A DNA stretch of 63,552 bases from positions 47,295,586-47,359,137 of the forward strand of contig NC_068988.1 in NCBI RefSeq assembly GCF_001194135.2. Direction: 5' to 3'. Shown one piece after another: positions 24,470-36,543 of this stretch. The translations under genes were made by a program, and so were the position numbers. The notes beneath the pieces were generated by a model. That model searched no databases, had not been told where the DNA came from, and saw only the letters and a program-made list of their open reading frames with translations. Each line of letters opens with the position of its first letter. The first letter of the stretch is position 1. The DNA is from Octopus bimaculoides (lineage: Eukaryota).

Positions 24470-24870
24470 CTTTTATTCCTTTACTTGCTTCAGTTATTTT
24501 GACTGCGGCCATGCTGGAATACAGCCTTTATTCGAACAAACTGACCCCAGGACTTATTCTTTGGAAGCCTAGTATTTATTCTATCGGTTTCTTTTGGAAA
24601 AATGTTACGGGGACGAAAACAAACCAGCATCGATTTTCAAGTGATGATGGGGGAAAACACACACACACAAGCATACATACGTACACACACACACACATAC
24701 ACACACACACACACATATATATATATTTATATATGCATACATACGACGGGCTTCTTTCAGTTTCCGTACCACAAATCCACTCACAAGGTTTTGGTCGGCT
24801 TGAATCTATAGTAGAAGACTCTTACCAAAGGAACCCAGAACCACGTTGCTAGTAAGCAAGCTACTTACCA
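24470..24870 (-). mobile_element. Composite SINE B + microsatellite + C
   Basis: Tail C 24470-24660, (CA)/(TA)n 24660-24740, head B 24740-24870, all in the same orientation. Confidence 0.88.
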
Positions 24871-25174
24871 TTTGAAGTATATTTCCTAAACGGCATTTTA
24901 ATTTTGGTTTTAAAGTTCCCTTAAATACTTGGCTTTCCATATATGCATATGCGCGTATATCTGGTTTTATCCCTGTATGTATGTATGTATATATGTATGT
25001 ATGTATATATGTATGTATACTATGTTATTGTACATATACGTGTGTATGTACTTATCTAAGCATGTGTCAGGGTATGAAAGTATGTGCTTGGTCGTATCGA
25101 GGTTTTTTCTAGGTTGTGTATACTCCTGTATGTGTATACATACATAGGTGTCTGTGTGTGTGTATATATGTATA

Positions 25175-25208
<34 letters not shown>

Positions 25209-25226
25209 AATGCATGTATGTTTGTA

Positions 25227-25398
25227 TATACGACGAGCTACTTTCACTTTCCACCTACCAAATCTACTCAAAAGGCTTTGGCCGGCCTGAGGCTATAATA
25301 GTAGACAGTTGCCCAAGATGCCATGCAAGTTGGACTGAACGTAGAAGTGTGTGGTTGGGAAGCAAGTGCCTTATCACACAGCCACACCTGCGCCTATC
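25227..25398 (-). mobile_element. SINE head B with CORE-like block
   Basis: CAGTTGCCCAAGATGCCATGC...CACACAGCCACACCTGCGCC; inverse of 32163-32335. Confidence 0.85.
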
Positions 25399-26199
25399 TT
25401 GGATGAAAATATTGATTATTGTTTTTATTTTGATATATAGACCTAAGAGTCTATACGCATTCTATTCATTATTTGATCTCAAATTACCTTATATGCTACG
25501 ATAATCTAGCAGATAGATTGTCAGTTTGTATAGAATTTGAAAGAAAAAAACCTTCCTGAAAAATAGGAAGAATCTCAATGGTGATTATCATGATCGCCAG
25601 CAGAAAGAAAGCCAAATTTGAAAGGAAAACGGTAGTTATAAACTGCATGGCAGCAACTTTTAAACAGCTCTAATCTGAATTTGAGTCTTAAGGCACATCT
25701 GATTTGTAGTCCAAGTAATAAGAAATGCTAATATTTCCAAGGATATCCTGCTGTGATCTTTTATAAGAAAACAAAGCCGTTGCAAATGAAAAAACCACAG
25801 ACACAAGAAAATTTACGGAGAACTTATATCAGAATATCATGGTTGACAGCATGAAAAGTAGATGAAAGATCAGTCAGTCAATGCAAGCACTCCTCTTCAT
25901 GTTGTCAATAGCAACTGTTAAACATGTCGTAATTTTAGATCTTTCAACACCACATTGCTGCTATAATGGACATGTATGTATGCATGATGTATGTATGTAT
26001 GTATGTATGTATGTATGTACGTATGCATGTATGTATGCATGTACGCATGTATGCATTTATATGTTTGTGTATGTATGTATGCATGCATGTACGTATGAAT
26101 GTTTGTATGCATATATGTGTGTGTGTGTGTGTTTGTGCAAGTGTGTATTTATGTGGATGTGCATGTTTGTGTATGTAGCCATGTATAGACGCTGGAATA

Positions 26200-26625
26200 T
26201 TTGTATGGTGAAGAGTATGCGAGCCACGTTCGGCAAATATCTTCTGCTATAGCTGCGGTCAAAGCAAAGCGTTGCGAGTGTATTGTGTTGAAGGAAACCG
26301 AAAAGAAGCCCGTCAGCTATGTGTATACCCAAAAAATATATGCACATAAGTATGTATATGTGTGTGTGCTTGTGAATGTGCGTGTGTGTATTAGGTGTTT
26401 GTGCCTCGCTTACTTGACGTCGCATAATAGTTGCAAAAGAGGCCACAAGTAGTGAAATCATTCGTGTAAACGTGTAGTTACGGGGATATTACGTTGCTTA
26501 GAAACAAATAAGGGTCGTTGACAAGAAGAACATTCAACTACAAAAAATCTGCTTCAACGTATTCCGCCCGCCTCATGCAAGTTTTGAAAAGTGGACGTTA
26601 AAAGAATGAAATGACAAATTAAAAG
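26200..26625 (+). mobile_element. Diverged SINE B, microsatellite and an alternative tail
   Basis: GGCAAATATCTTCTGCTATAGC...GGAAACCGAAAAGAAGCCCGTC; tail ends AAAGTGGACGTTAAAAGAATGA. Confidence 0.5.
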
Positions 26626-27527
26626 AATGATGATATTGATATCACATTTCTCATCCGGTTGCGATATTTCGAATAACAAATGGGGTAGATAAATCATTCA
26701 ACACGATGGAAGAAATATAAATAATGATTGCGAATATTTGATCAGGTCCTTTAATTGTACGTTTCAATTATTCTATTCTTCAGTCTTTCTATTCATAATC
26801 CTCTGACATTTTTCAATCTCCTTCTCTCTCCTTCGTTTCTTTCATCTCTGTCTTATTAACCTTGCTACTTTGATGTTATTCTTGGCACGCTCATTCCCAC
26901 TAATTAATGCCTCTTTGAATACATTCCTCCTTACTCAGACAAACTATTACGCAATCCATCATTTATCTTTCCTATGCAAATTGGCCTTGGTGTCACAATC
27001 GACTTCAACTCCTAGTGTACATGCCTTTCTATATTTTATTTTACTTTATTCCGTGCATTTTTCTTGGCATGCCACTCTGGTTACTTTCCGCTGCGACAAT
27101 ATAAACCTTTCCCACTCTTTGCATAATATTAAGCCAGGCTTATATACGTACATGTGTAAGTCTGTTAAATCGCACGAAAGTCTTGTCTAAAGGAGGAATT
27201 TGGCCTCCGTTTAAAATTGACTCATGGTGCATAGCCATTGATTATATTTCTTCCAATATGTTAAATATCTGCACTACATATTATTGAAACGATCGTAACC
27301 AGATAACTTGATGCACGTATTTCCATATATTTACTTGTTTAATATTATGTTCTGCGATGGATGTAAATTTCCTGGATTTTCAGTTCGTGTTGTCAATTTA
27401 TTTTCTCTTCTACAGGGAATTCGCATAGGTTTTACCGAAGCAAACTTCCGGATTTTACTCAACGCCTTGAACATTGCGTAGTGTAGTGTATTGTGTATTG
27501 TATGTGTGTGTCTGTGAGTGTGTGTGT

Positions 27528-27578
<51 letters not shown>

Positions 27579-27911
27579 AAGAAAGAAAGAAATAAAGAAA
27601 TAAATAAAGAAAGAAAGACACATAATAGATAATGGATTATCATGTTTTCTCCATATTTTCAGTATTTACTTTTGCTTGCAATAGTCGGTCATTTTGGCCA
27701 ACTATCGTATCTCTAGCAGCTTCAGATGCCAAGATATCACAAACTGTCGAAGTGTAATACAAGGGTTTGGTTATGGAATAGGGAAACTAATTTTTCGTTC
27801 TATGAAAAAGCAATGTTTTGGATTTACGATATTTTTGTATAATAGCAACAATATATATATATATATATACATACATACATATGTATAAAAGCAGACATAC
27901 ACACACACACT

Positions 27912-27943
<32 letters not shown>

Positions 27944-28220
27944 CATATATATACATATATATATATACACATAAATCAAAATAATTTTGACAAATTTTTT
28001 GGTGCTTATTTCCTCACTATTACACATGTTACATTTACTGATAGGAATTAAAAAAATGTACACGTAGGATAAACTTGTTAGCAATTTCCTTCTCGAAATT
28101 CTTGAGGCAGAAAATCAACAAATACAAATTTATATTTGGCGAAACGCTTATATACATTTAGTTACTAACCAAGAATCGTATAGATATTTGAGAGAATACA
28201 GAGTAAATCTAGAAGTATAG

Positions 28221-28266
<46 letters not shown>

Positions 28267-29339
28267 AAGAGATAGAGAGTTAAGGATTGCAATAAAAAGT
28301 TTTACAGGTACACACTTATATTAATGTACATACACCTTCATACACACACGCAGACACACGCATAAGTACAGACACGTACAGCATACACAGACACACCTAT
28401 ATACATATACACGCACATACACACATATGTGTGTGTAAGTATATGTATTTGTGTGTGTGTGTGTGTGAGTGTGTGTGTGTGCGTATGTGTGCTTGCGTGT
28501 GTATTTAATGTAAATTTAAAGTTACTTCTGGAAAGTAAAACTTAGACTTACCAATATTTTTTGCAAGGAAAGCTATAATAGCCTTAATCTAGATTTGTAT
28601 TCGTTTCTCTCGTGAACTTTGCAATTGTGAGTTCCCCTAGACTAGCAGATTTCAGGTATTTTTACTCAAACCTCCTCTTGTGTTCATGTCAAATTGTGAT
28701 CGTCCCTACCCATATCCTATAATGTTCTTTTTGTGACATGTGATCGCACGCATGTTACATTTTCGTTAATCTCTCGATTCTCTCGATTTTCTTCTATAAT
28801 TTCATTATAAATGCAAGAATAAGAGCTACATAAACAGTGTATAGGAGGTGTCATAGTCAACTATTCGTCAACTGCTCTGAAACAGAGTGTAGACCTATGA
28901 TGAGTAGACAATGACTGAAGAATGCGACTTTATAGACCTACGTTCTTTCCCAACGTCATTGCTCAAATTATTGTTGACTGACACTTATGAGAATTTCTAC
29001 ATAGCTTGTATAGATAGCCCTCACAAGCCATTTGCCTACGTACAGTTTTCGAAGTGACCGTCAAATAAGTAAACATGAGTTTTAGTCAAAGGCCTTTTCT
29101 AAGTCAAGGAACGCCAGTAATAGTAGTATACACTTAACCAAGTATTTCTCCTGCAATTACTTTTCTACAAAGGTTACAAGCATTTGATCTGTGCTAGTCA
29201 CGTACTGCATCTCATGAAGAGTTATTCTGTCATGGATGTGTATGTGTGTGTGCACGTATGGCGTATGTGTGTGTATTCATGAAAACTCAAGTCTATATTA
29301 TATATATATATTTATTTATATGCACTTGTCTGAATGTGC

Positions 29340-29560
29340 AAAGAGAGCCAACAATGATTTGTGCAACGAATTTACCATGAATGCAGGGCCACCAAAACAT
29401 AGTTCTGAGCCGACTCCTATTCATCATAGCCCTATAGGCCTACAGGCTATCAGAAGGAGCTTAATACTGACTGGTTATGGGAACTTCAATATGCTGATGA
29501 TATAAATATGTTAGCTAAATCTATTGTGGAATTAAAGAAGAAATTCCTGGCACAGAAGCT
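29340..29560 (+). pseudogene. RTE-like LINE reverse transcriptase fragment
   Basis: Across frameshifts: RANNDLCNEFTMNAG / IVLSRLLFIIAL / QKELNTDWLWELQYADDINMLAKSIVELKKKF; YADD catalytic motif at ~29489-29500. Confidence 0.75.
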
Positions 29561-30231
29561 AAAACTAAAATTGAGACATCGTTGAAAATGTAGCACTCAA
29601 ACATAGGCTATTAGAAGTTTATATTTGCATTGTTATTGCTTTACTCAAACATATTTCTTAGATAAACTATGAACAAAGACACTCCAGACATGACCCTTCC
29701 ATCATATTTCCATCAATACTAGACTTGGTATCAGATAATCCAACATGTCTTCACCATGGTTTAGAGAATAGGTTGTAACGTGGTAGAAATTTAACTGCAG
29801 TTTCTAGCAGAGCAACTGACCACATGAAGGTTTTCTATGTGTAGATATGTGTGCAGATGTATCTTAAATATTGACCAATCAACTGCTGTGTTCCAACTGC
29901 TTCTCTCTATGCAACTGTACACATGATACAGAGAAGATAAAAGAAGAGTCTGCAGCATCAGTTAGCACTGATTTACATTGGCTTAAGAATGGCAACTTCA
30001 AACAAACTGCGTCTTAAAAGCTACATTCGCAGTTGCAGGTGGTTGTAGGTGGTGCAGAGGCTATTTTTATACAACATTTATGTTAGTTGTACAGCATTCT
30101 ATATAGTATTGATAGATTACAGACGGCAGCGATGTGTTGAGAGGTAAAGGAAGAGGTGTTGGTGAGGATTGTTTCAAATCCCGAAGAATAAAAGGGAAAT
30201 ATCTTCTGAAACATGGGTGGCAGGCAGCGAG

Positions 30232-30427
30232 CATGCACATCGTCATAATCACCATCACCACTGCAGCCGCCATCATCATCGTCGTCGTCAGCATACTTAT
30301 TATTACCGACAGCTTAACCTTTCACAATGTCATCATCATCATCATTATCATCATCATTATCATCATCATCCTCATCATCGTCGTCGTCGTCGTCGTCGTC
30401 GTCATCATCATCATCATGACCCTCGTA

Positions 30428-30464
<37 letters not shown>

Positions 30465-30697
30465 TCATCACCATGATCATCACCATGATCATCATCACGA
30501 TATCCTTTATTATAATCATCGCTAATATTAACGCATTCAGCTCTGCCACCATCGTTGCCATCATCATCACCACTATCACCGCCATCATGTCATCATCATC
30601 CGCAGCATCTCACCACCATCACCATCACCACCAACACCACCAACACCAACACCACCAACACCAACACCAACACCATCACCACTACCATCATCATCAC

Positions 30698-30742
<45 letters not shown>

Positions 30743-30800
30743 CTTCATTGTAGAAAGCATAATCAACCGCAACATCTGCCAAATGAATAACAACAATATT
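30232..30800. repeat. Complex trinucleotide array (CAT/CGT/CAC/CAA)
   Basis: Directly visible; produces the 218-aa low-complexity ORF. Confidence 0.95.
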
Positions 30801-30942
30801 TGACTTAAAACTTTCATTGTGTGTCTTCATTATGGAATGAGAAATGAAGCGAAAGAAATACAAAAGACGCTCCTTGCGTGTGCTTTAGAGGTGGGCATGT
30901 GTACATGTCTGCGTTGAGGGAAGGTGTTTTTGTGAGTATACA

Positions 30943-30980
<38 letters not shown>

Positions 30981-31109
30981 GTATGTATGTATGTATATAT
31001 ATATGTGTGTGTGTGTGTGTGTATACATATATACATATATACATACACACACACGCACACACACACACGCATACATACATACATATATATCTATATATAT
31101 ATATATGCT

Positions 31110-31423
31110 GAGACACCCTTCGGTCATGACTGACCATGGGATTTCACAAAGAAAGTTACCCTCCGAGGGGCAAATCCGGGCAAGGTTGTTTATGGCAGAC
31201 TAGCAGTCGCCCATGCATACCGGTCTCCCTTCTCCACGCCACCAGTTTTATCCAAGGGAAAGGTAAAAGCCGATACAGCTTGGCACCTGTGACGTCGGAA
31301 CTCATTTCTGAGTGAACTGGAGCAACGTGAAATAAAGTGTCTTGCTCAAGAACACAACACGCAGCCAGGTCCGGGATTCGAATTCACAACCTCGCGATTG
31401 TAAGCTCGATGATCTAAACACTG
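31110..31423 (-). mobile_element. SINE type D with long distinct tail
   Basis: Head and CORE-like GTGTTCTTGAGCAAGACACTTTATTTCACGTTGCTCCAG on the minus strand; tail ends CCCATGGTCAGTCATGACCGAAGGGTGTCT. Confidence 0.8.
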
Positions 31424-31729
31424 TATATACATATATGCATAGATAAGCAGAGTTAGCGTTTGGAATAACCGTCTAAGGGATAAAAATATCCGTTCTTACT
31501 ACCGGTATCTTTTACAAATGTTATCCTTGGGCATGGGTATACAAGCACATTACGCTCATAGGGTACAGGTAATAACGAGATAAGAGTTTATCATGAATCA
31601 AATTTAAAATAAGCAGAAACTGGAAAAGACTTTTCTTATACTATGTTTTGTATTAAAAAGCAATTAACCAACGTTGTCAATTTGTTTGTTGGTTGATCGA
31701 AAATTTTCTCCACTTTCTGCTTATATATT

Positions 31730-31775
<46 letters not shown>

Positions 31776-32162
31776 TGTATATATGTATATACATATAATT
31801 CTTTATATATGTATAATTACATATTCCAACATTAAGTGTTCGAGTTCAAATTACGAATTGGCCAAGTTTGCCTTCCGTTCTTTCCGGATTATACTTGTCT
31901 GTAGTAGGCATTGGGTACTTACTTTATCGAGCACACGAAAAAAATTTCGGAAGTAAGTAAGCAAATATTTAAATATTTCGGCTAATCATACTTAGCACCA
32001 GCGCACCGGTTAATTAATAGGCGAGATCTCAAAGGAATGTTAAAGCCTTGTAGACTCTAACAAATGAAACCATATGGGTATGTGCACATATCTGTTTGTG
32101 CCTGTTTTTGTATATTGCAATGATAGGCTTCGTAAAATTTGTTAGAAATATATTATACATAA

Positions 32163-32326
32163 GCGTAGGAGTGGGTGTGTGGTAAGTAGCTTGCTTACCA
32201 ACCACATGGTTCCGGGTACAGTCCCACTGCGTGGCATCTTGGGCAAGTGTCTTCTACTATAGCCTCGGGCCGACCAAAGCCTTGTGAGTGAATTTGGTAG
32301 ACGGAAACTGAAAGAAGCCTGTCGTA

Positions 32327-32382
<56 letters not shown>

Positions 32383-32622
32383 AAATGGCTGATAGTTAGC
32401 AAGGTGAGACACACATAAGCAGGAAGGAAACAAAGGACCACTGATGAGGTCACAGAAGTGTGACGAAAGAACTCTGGCCGAAATAAGATTAAGATTAATG
32501 TAATATAAAGCTGAAGCAAATTAACACCAAATATACAGTGCGTGTGTTTTTATTGGCTAAACTGGCAATATGACCATCCCCAAGTACAACAATATATATA
32601 TATATACATATATATATATGTA

Positions 32623-32660
<38 letters not shown>

Positions 32661-32867
32661 TGTGTCTGTGTTTGTCCCCCAACTTCACTTGACAACCGAT
32701 GCGGGTGTGTTTACATCCCCGTAAATTAGCGGTTCGGCATAAGAGATCGATAGAATAAGTACTAGGCTTCCAAAGAATAAGTCCTGGAGTCGATTCGCTC
32801 GACTAAAGGCGGTGCTCCAGCACGGCCACATTCAAAAGACTGAAACAAGTAAAAATGAATAAAAGAG
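32163..32867 (+). mobile_element. Composite SINE B + microsatellite + C with a 211-bp insertion in the microsatellite
   Basis: Head/CORE 32163-32335 (GGCATCTTGGGCAAGTGTCTTCTACTATAGCC), (TA)n, insert 32381-32591, (TA)/(TG)n, tail C 32660-32867. Confidence 0.9.
32435..32479 (+). ncRNA. Candidate minimal type I hammerhead ribozyme
   Basis: GGACCA-CTGATGA-G-GTCAC-agaagt-GTGAC-GAAA-G-aa-C-TC-TGGCC: intact core, perfect 5-bp stem II, 2-bp stem III, stem I with one mismatch. Confidence 0.6.
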
Positions 32868-33096
32868 TGCCAGCATTAGATCATGTAGAACTCAATACGC
32901 AGAATGGAATGACTAATCTCTATGTATGTGCATGGTTATATTAAAATATGTCTGTATGTTTCGCGTGTGTATCTATGTGTGTATTTCTCTGTACATTCAC
33001 GTATATATAGATGTTTGTATGCATGAATTAATCCCAATATATAAATGATTTTGGGTGAGTGTCTATACCGCACTATAAACACATACAGGTGTATAA

Positions 33097-33389
33097 TACG
33101 AAATACGGTCAACGGAATAGCTTGCTCGTGAAATTAACGTGCAAGTGGCTGAGCTCTCCACAGACACGTGTACTCTTAACGTAGTTCTCAGGGAGATTCA
33201 GCGTGACACAGAGTGTTACAAGGCTGGCCATTAGAAATACAGGTACTACTCATTTTTGCCAGCTGAGTGGACTGGAGCATCGTGAAATAAAGTGCTTTGC
33301 TCAAGGACACAACGCATTGCCGGGAATTGAACTTACGACCTTACGATCGTAAACCGAATGCCCAAACCACTAAGCCACGCGCCTTCACA
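33097..33389 (-). mobile_element. Full-length SINE type D with 12-bp target-site duplication
   Basis: A box TGGCTTAGTGG, B box GTTCAATTCC, CORE-like GTGTCCTTGAGCAAAGCACTT; ACAGGTGTATAA at 33085-33096 and 33390-33401. Confidence 0.92.
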
Positions 33390-34449
33390 ACAGGTGTATA
33401 AATGCGTATATTATATAAAATACGTACTGATAAATAACTTCTGCATATAAGTACGTATATTCATTCCCATTGTAACATACGCACATTTAGAAAAGACACG
33501 TACCTCACCATGCTGTTTCTATCTTTCTGTCAATCCTTCTAACACTGTCTGTTTTTCTTTTCTCGTCTTTCTCTTACTCTATGTTAACCAATATACATAT
33601 GTGTATATGCATGCGAATATGAGTTTGTGCATGTGTGAGTGAGAGTGGGTAAGACAAGAGGGGATGGCGAAAAAATGCTAGAGAGATTAACAGACTTAGT
33701 TTAATTATGAAATCAATTAGTATAGCACATATTTTCTCAAAGAGCATAGTTAATTGGATGTGTGGATACGCGTGTAAGGATTTGCATATGTGTCTGATGA
33801 ATGTTTTAGTTTTCGTATAATGCTTTGAGAGCATAAATTTTGTGGGAAAGCAGACTCTACCTGTTAGTAAAATTATTACTCACACACACACACGCGCGCG
33901 CTCGCACACGCGCACACACATACACAAACACACACACACAACCATACACACACACACACACACACACAAAATTACTTATAAAATCATGTACAAAAGCACA
34001 CGTAAATATACTGTTTCTAACGTCAGTTTTTCTTTCTCCTTCTTTACCTTTGGTGGTACATAATTTTGTGTGTGAATCGATATGAGCTAATCTGGTAGTC
34101 ATTAAATAATTTTGTGGATGAATTCATTTCCTACTGCTAGCCACTTTATCTCTTCATAAAGATTAGAATTTATCCATTTTCAATTGGGTAGTCTAGAGTA
34201 GGAAATGGTATGTTCTATTTGCAGTGGCATGTCGCAAATGCTATTAAAGCGAGGTTTGAGTTTTACAACTCCAAATATTTAATGTATAAAATGCAGTCGC
34301 GGACATTCTCGTCCTTCAATTGTTTCATGAATGTTGTTTAGTAACAAGTCCTCAACCATGTATCCATCAACCAATCTTCTCCGGCCATTGTTCCTGGGAG
34401 TTTCATGGAAGTAGTTCTCAAGAATCTCCTCCATTAGGTTACATCAGAA

Positions 34450-34572
34450 GCAACCGTGACACGAAATGTTTCGTTTAAGAACGCAAGGCGACATCGGTCG
34501 TCTGGGAATTGGAACCACTAACTTGCAGTCGTGAGTGCACTACCCTATCCACTAGGACACGCGTCGTTACGC
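34450..34572 (-). mobile_element. Diverged SINE D head
   Basis: Co-linear with the heads at 16501-16630 and 33280-33389. Confidence 0.55.
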
Positions 34573-34913
34573 GCGCTAACATAACCAGGCACATACACAC
34601 ACACATGCTGTGGTTGTCATTCACAAAAGATATATGTATATGTATGTATGTATGTATGTACACACACACACACACACACACANNNNNNNNNNNNNNNNNN
34701 NNNNNNNNNNNNNNNNNNNNNNNNNNNNNNNNNNNNNNNNNNNNNNNNNNNNNNNNNNNNNNNNNNNNNNNNNNNNNNNNNNNNNNNNNNNNNNNNNNNN
34801 NNNNNNNNNNNNNNNNNNNNNNNNNNNNNNNNNNNNNNNNNNNNNNNNNNNNNNNNNNNNNNNNNNNNNNNNNNNNNNNNNNNNNNNNNNNNNNNNNNNN
34901 NNNNNNNNNNNNN

Positions 34914-34951
<38 letters not shown>

Positions 34952-35201
34952 CAAATTTACAGTAAACAAAAGATGAAGACAAATGAAAGAACATGCTGGT
35001 GTATTAGATTAACGCTCGAGAAGAATGGAAAATACTTTCAGATTTCGAACCTACGCTCTTCGACAGAAAGGATTAAGAGGAAAAAGAACCAAAATACAGA
35101 CTAAGAAAAATACAAAGAACGGATATATATATACATATATACATATACATAGATATATATGTATGTATGTATGTATGTACACACACACACACACACACAC
35201 A

Positions 35202-36484
35202 TAGGGGTTGAACAAAATAATGGAAACACCTAAAAGTTTCAAAAAATTTATTTTAATATGGGGTAAGTCCGCCTTTGACACTGATTACAGCTTGATTTCT
35301 ATGAATTATGGAATCGTACAAAAGTTCGAATTGTTCCCAAAGGAATTTTTGTCCGTTCTTCAGCTAAAACAGTCTCTAGTTCTTGTAGTGATGAAAGTGG
35401 AGAATATCGACTCCTTAATTGTTATTCTAAAATGCACCATAAATGTTCAAAAATATTGATATCTGGGGACTGTGGTGGTCAGGTAAGATGTTCAACTTCA
35501 CAAGAATGTTCCTCGTACCATTCAGTAACAGCTTTAGCTGTGTGAATTGGTGCATTATCATCCTGAAAGATTGCGTTTCCCCCCGGAAACTGTTCCCCAA
35601 CCATATGATGAATTTGATCAGATAAAATGCTTAAATAGTCTTGACTATTAATTCTGCCATGAAAGGTAGCCATTGGGCCTGCGGATACCGAAGATATAGC
35701 ACCCCCCACCACAGATCATCACATATTCTCCTCCATGTTTAACAGTTGGAAGAAGGCAGTCTGGATCAAGTGATTCTTTTGGCTGTCTCCACATGTACAT
35801 TCGGCCGGTGGTCGGAAATATGGTAAAGGATGACTCGTCCGAGAAAACAGAATTCTTTCACTGCTCTAGGGACCAATTCTGTAGGATTTTACTCCGCTCT
35901 AAATGCTTTTCAACGTTTCTCTTTGAAAGTAGTGGTGTTCTGATTGCAGCCCTCCCGTGAAATTCGGCTTTGTGCAGCTCCCGGCGAACAGTTTTTGTAG
36001 AAACTGGATTCTGAGGTGGTCATTAAGCTCTGCAGTAATTTTGGGAGCTGTACTTTTGTGATCCTTTCTAACAATTTGGATAAGAGTCCGACGAACCCTA
36101 TCCGAAAGTTTGGTTTTCTTCCGGAGTGTTGCTTTGATGAAGAGGTTTTTTCCTTTTTCTAAAAGGCCGCCATTAGTTTCAAGACAGTACTTCTTGATAC
36201 ACCAAACATTTTAACTGTTTTCATTACAGTAGCCCCTGCCAAACGCGCACCAACAATTTGACCACTTTGAAAGCTCGATAGATCTGTCATTTTAATGAAT
36301 TTTAATTACCTTTTTCTGATGATATTTGAAAAGAAACAACAATTTTAACAAAATATATTAAGCAACTCTAATAATAAATTTAAAAAAAAAACATAAAAAT
36401 AAATAAGCTACTGACGGTTTTATAGATATTTCAAAATTATGATGTTCTGATGCCGGGTGTTCCCATCATTTTGTACAACCCATG
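35202..36484 (-). mobile_element. Full-length defective Tc1-class DNA transposon (1283 bp, ~29-bp TIRs)
   Basis: TIRs TAGGGGTTGAACAAAATAATGGAAACACC (35202-35230) and the reverse complement of GGTGTTCCCATCATTTTGTACAACCCATG (36456-36484); TA at 36485-36486. Confidence 0.93.
35253..36290 (-). pseudogene. Tc1-class transposase pseudogene, DD36E spacing
   Basis: MTDLSSFQSGQIVGARLAG...DESSFTIF...PTVKHGG...FQDDNAPIHTAKAVTEWYEEHSCEVEHLT*PPQSPDINIFEHLW...KGGLTPY*; several stops and frameshifts. Confidence 0.92.
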
Positions 36485-36488
36485 TATA

Positions 36489-36543
<55 letters not shown>

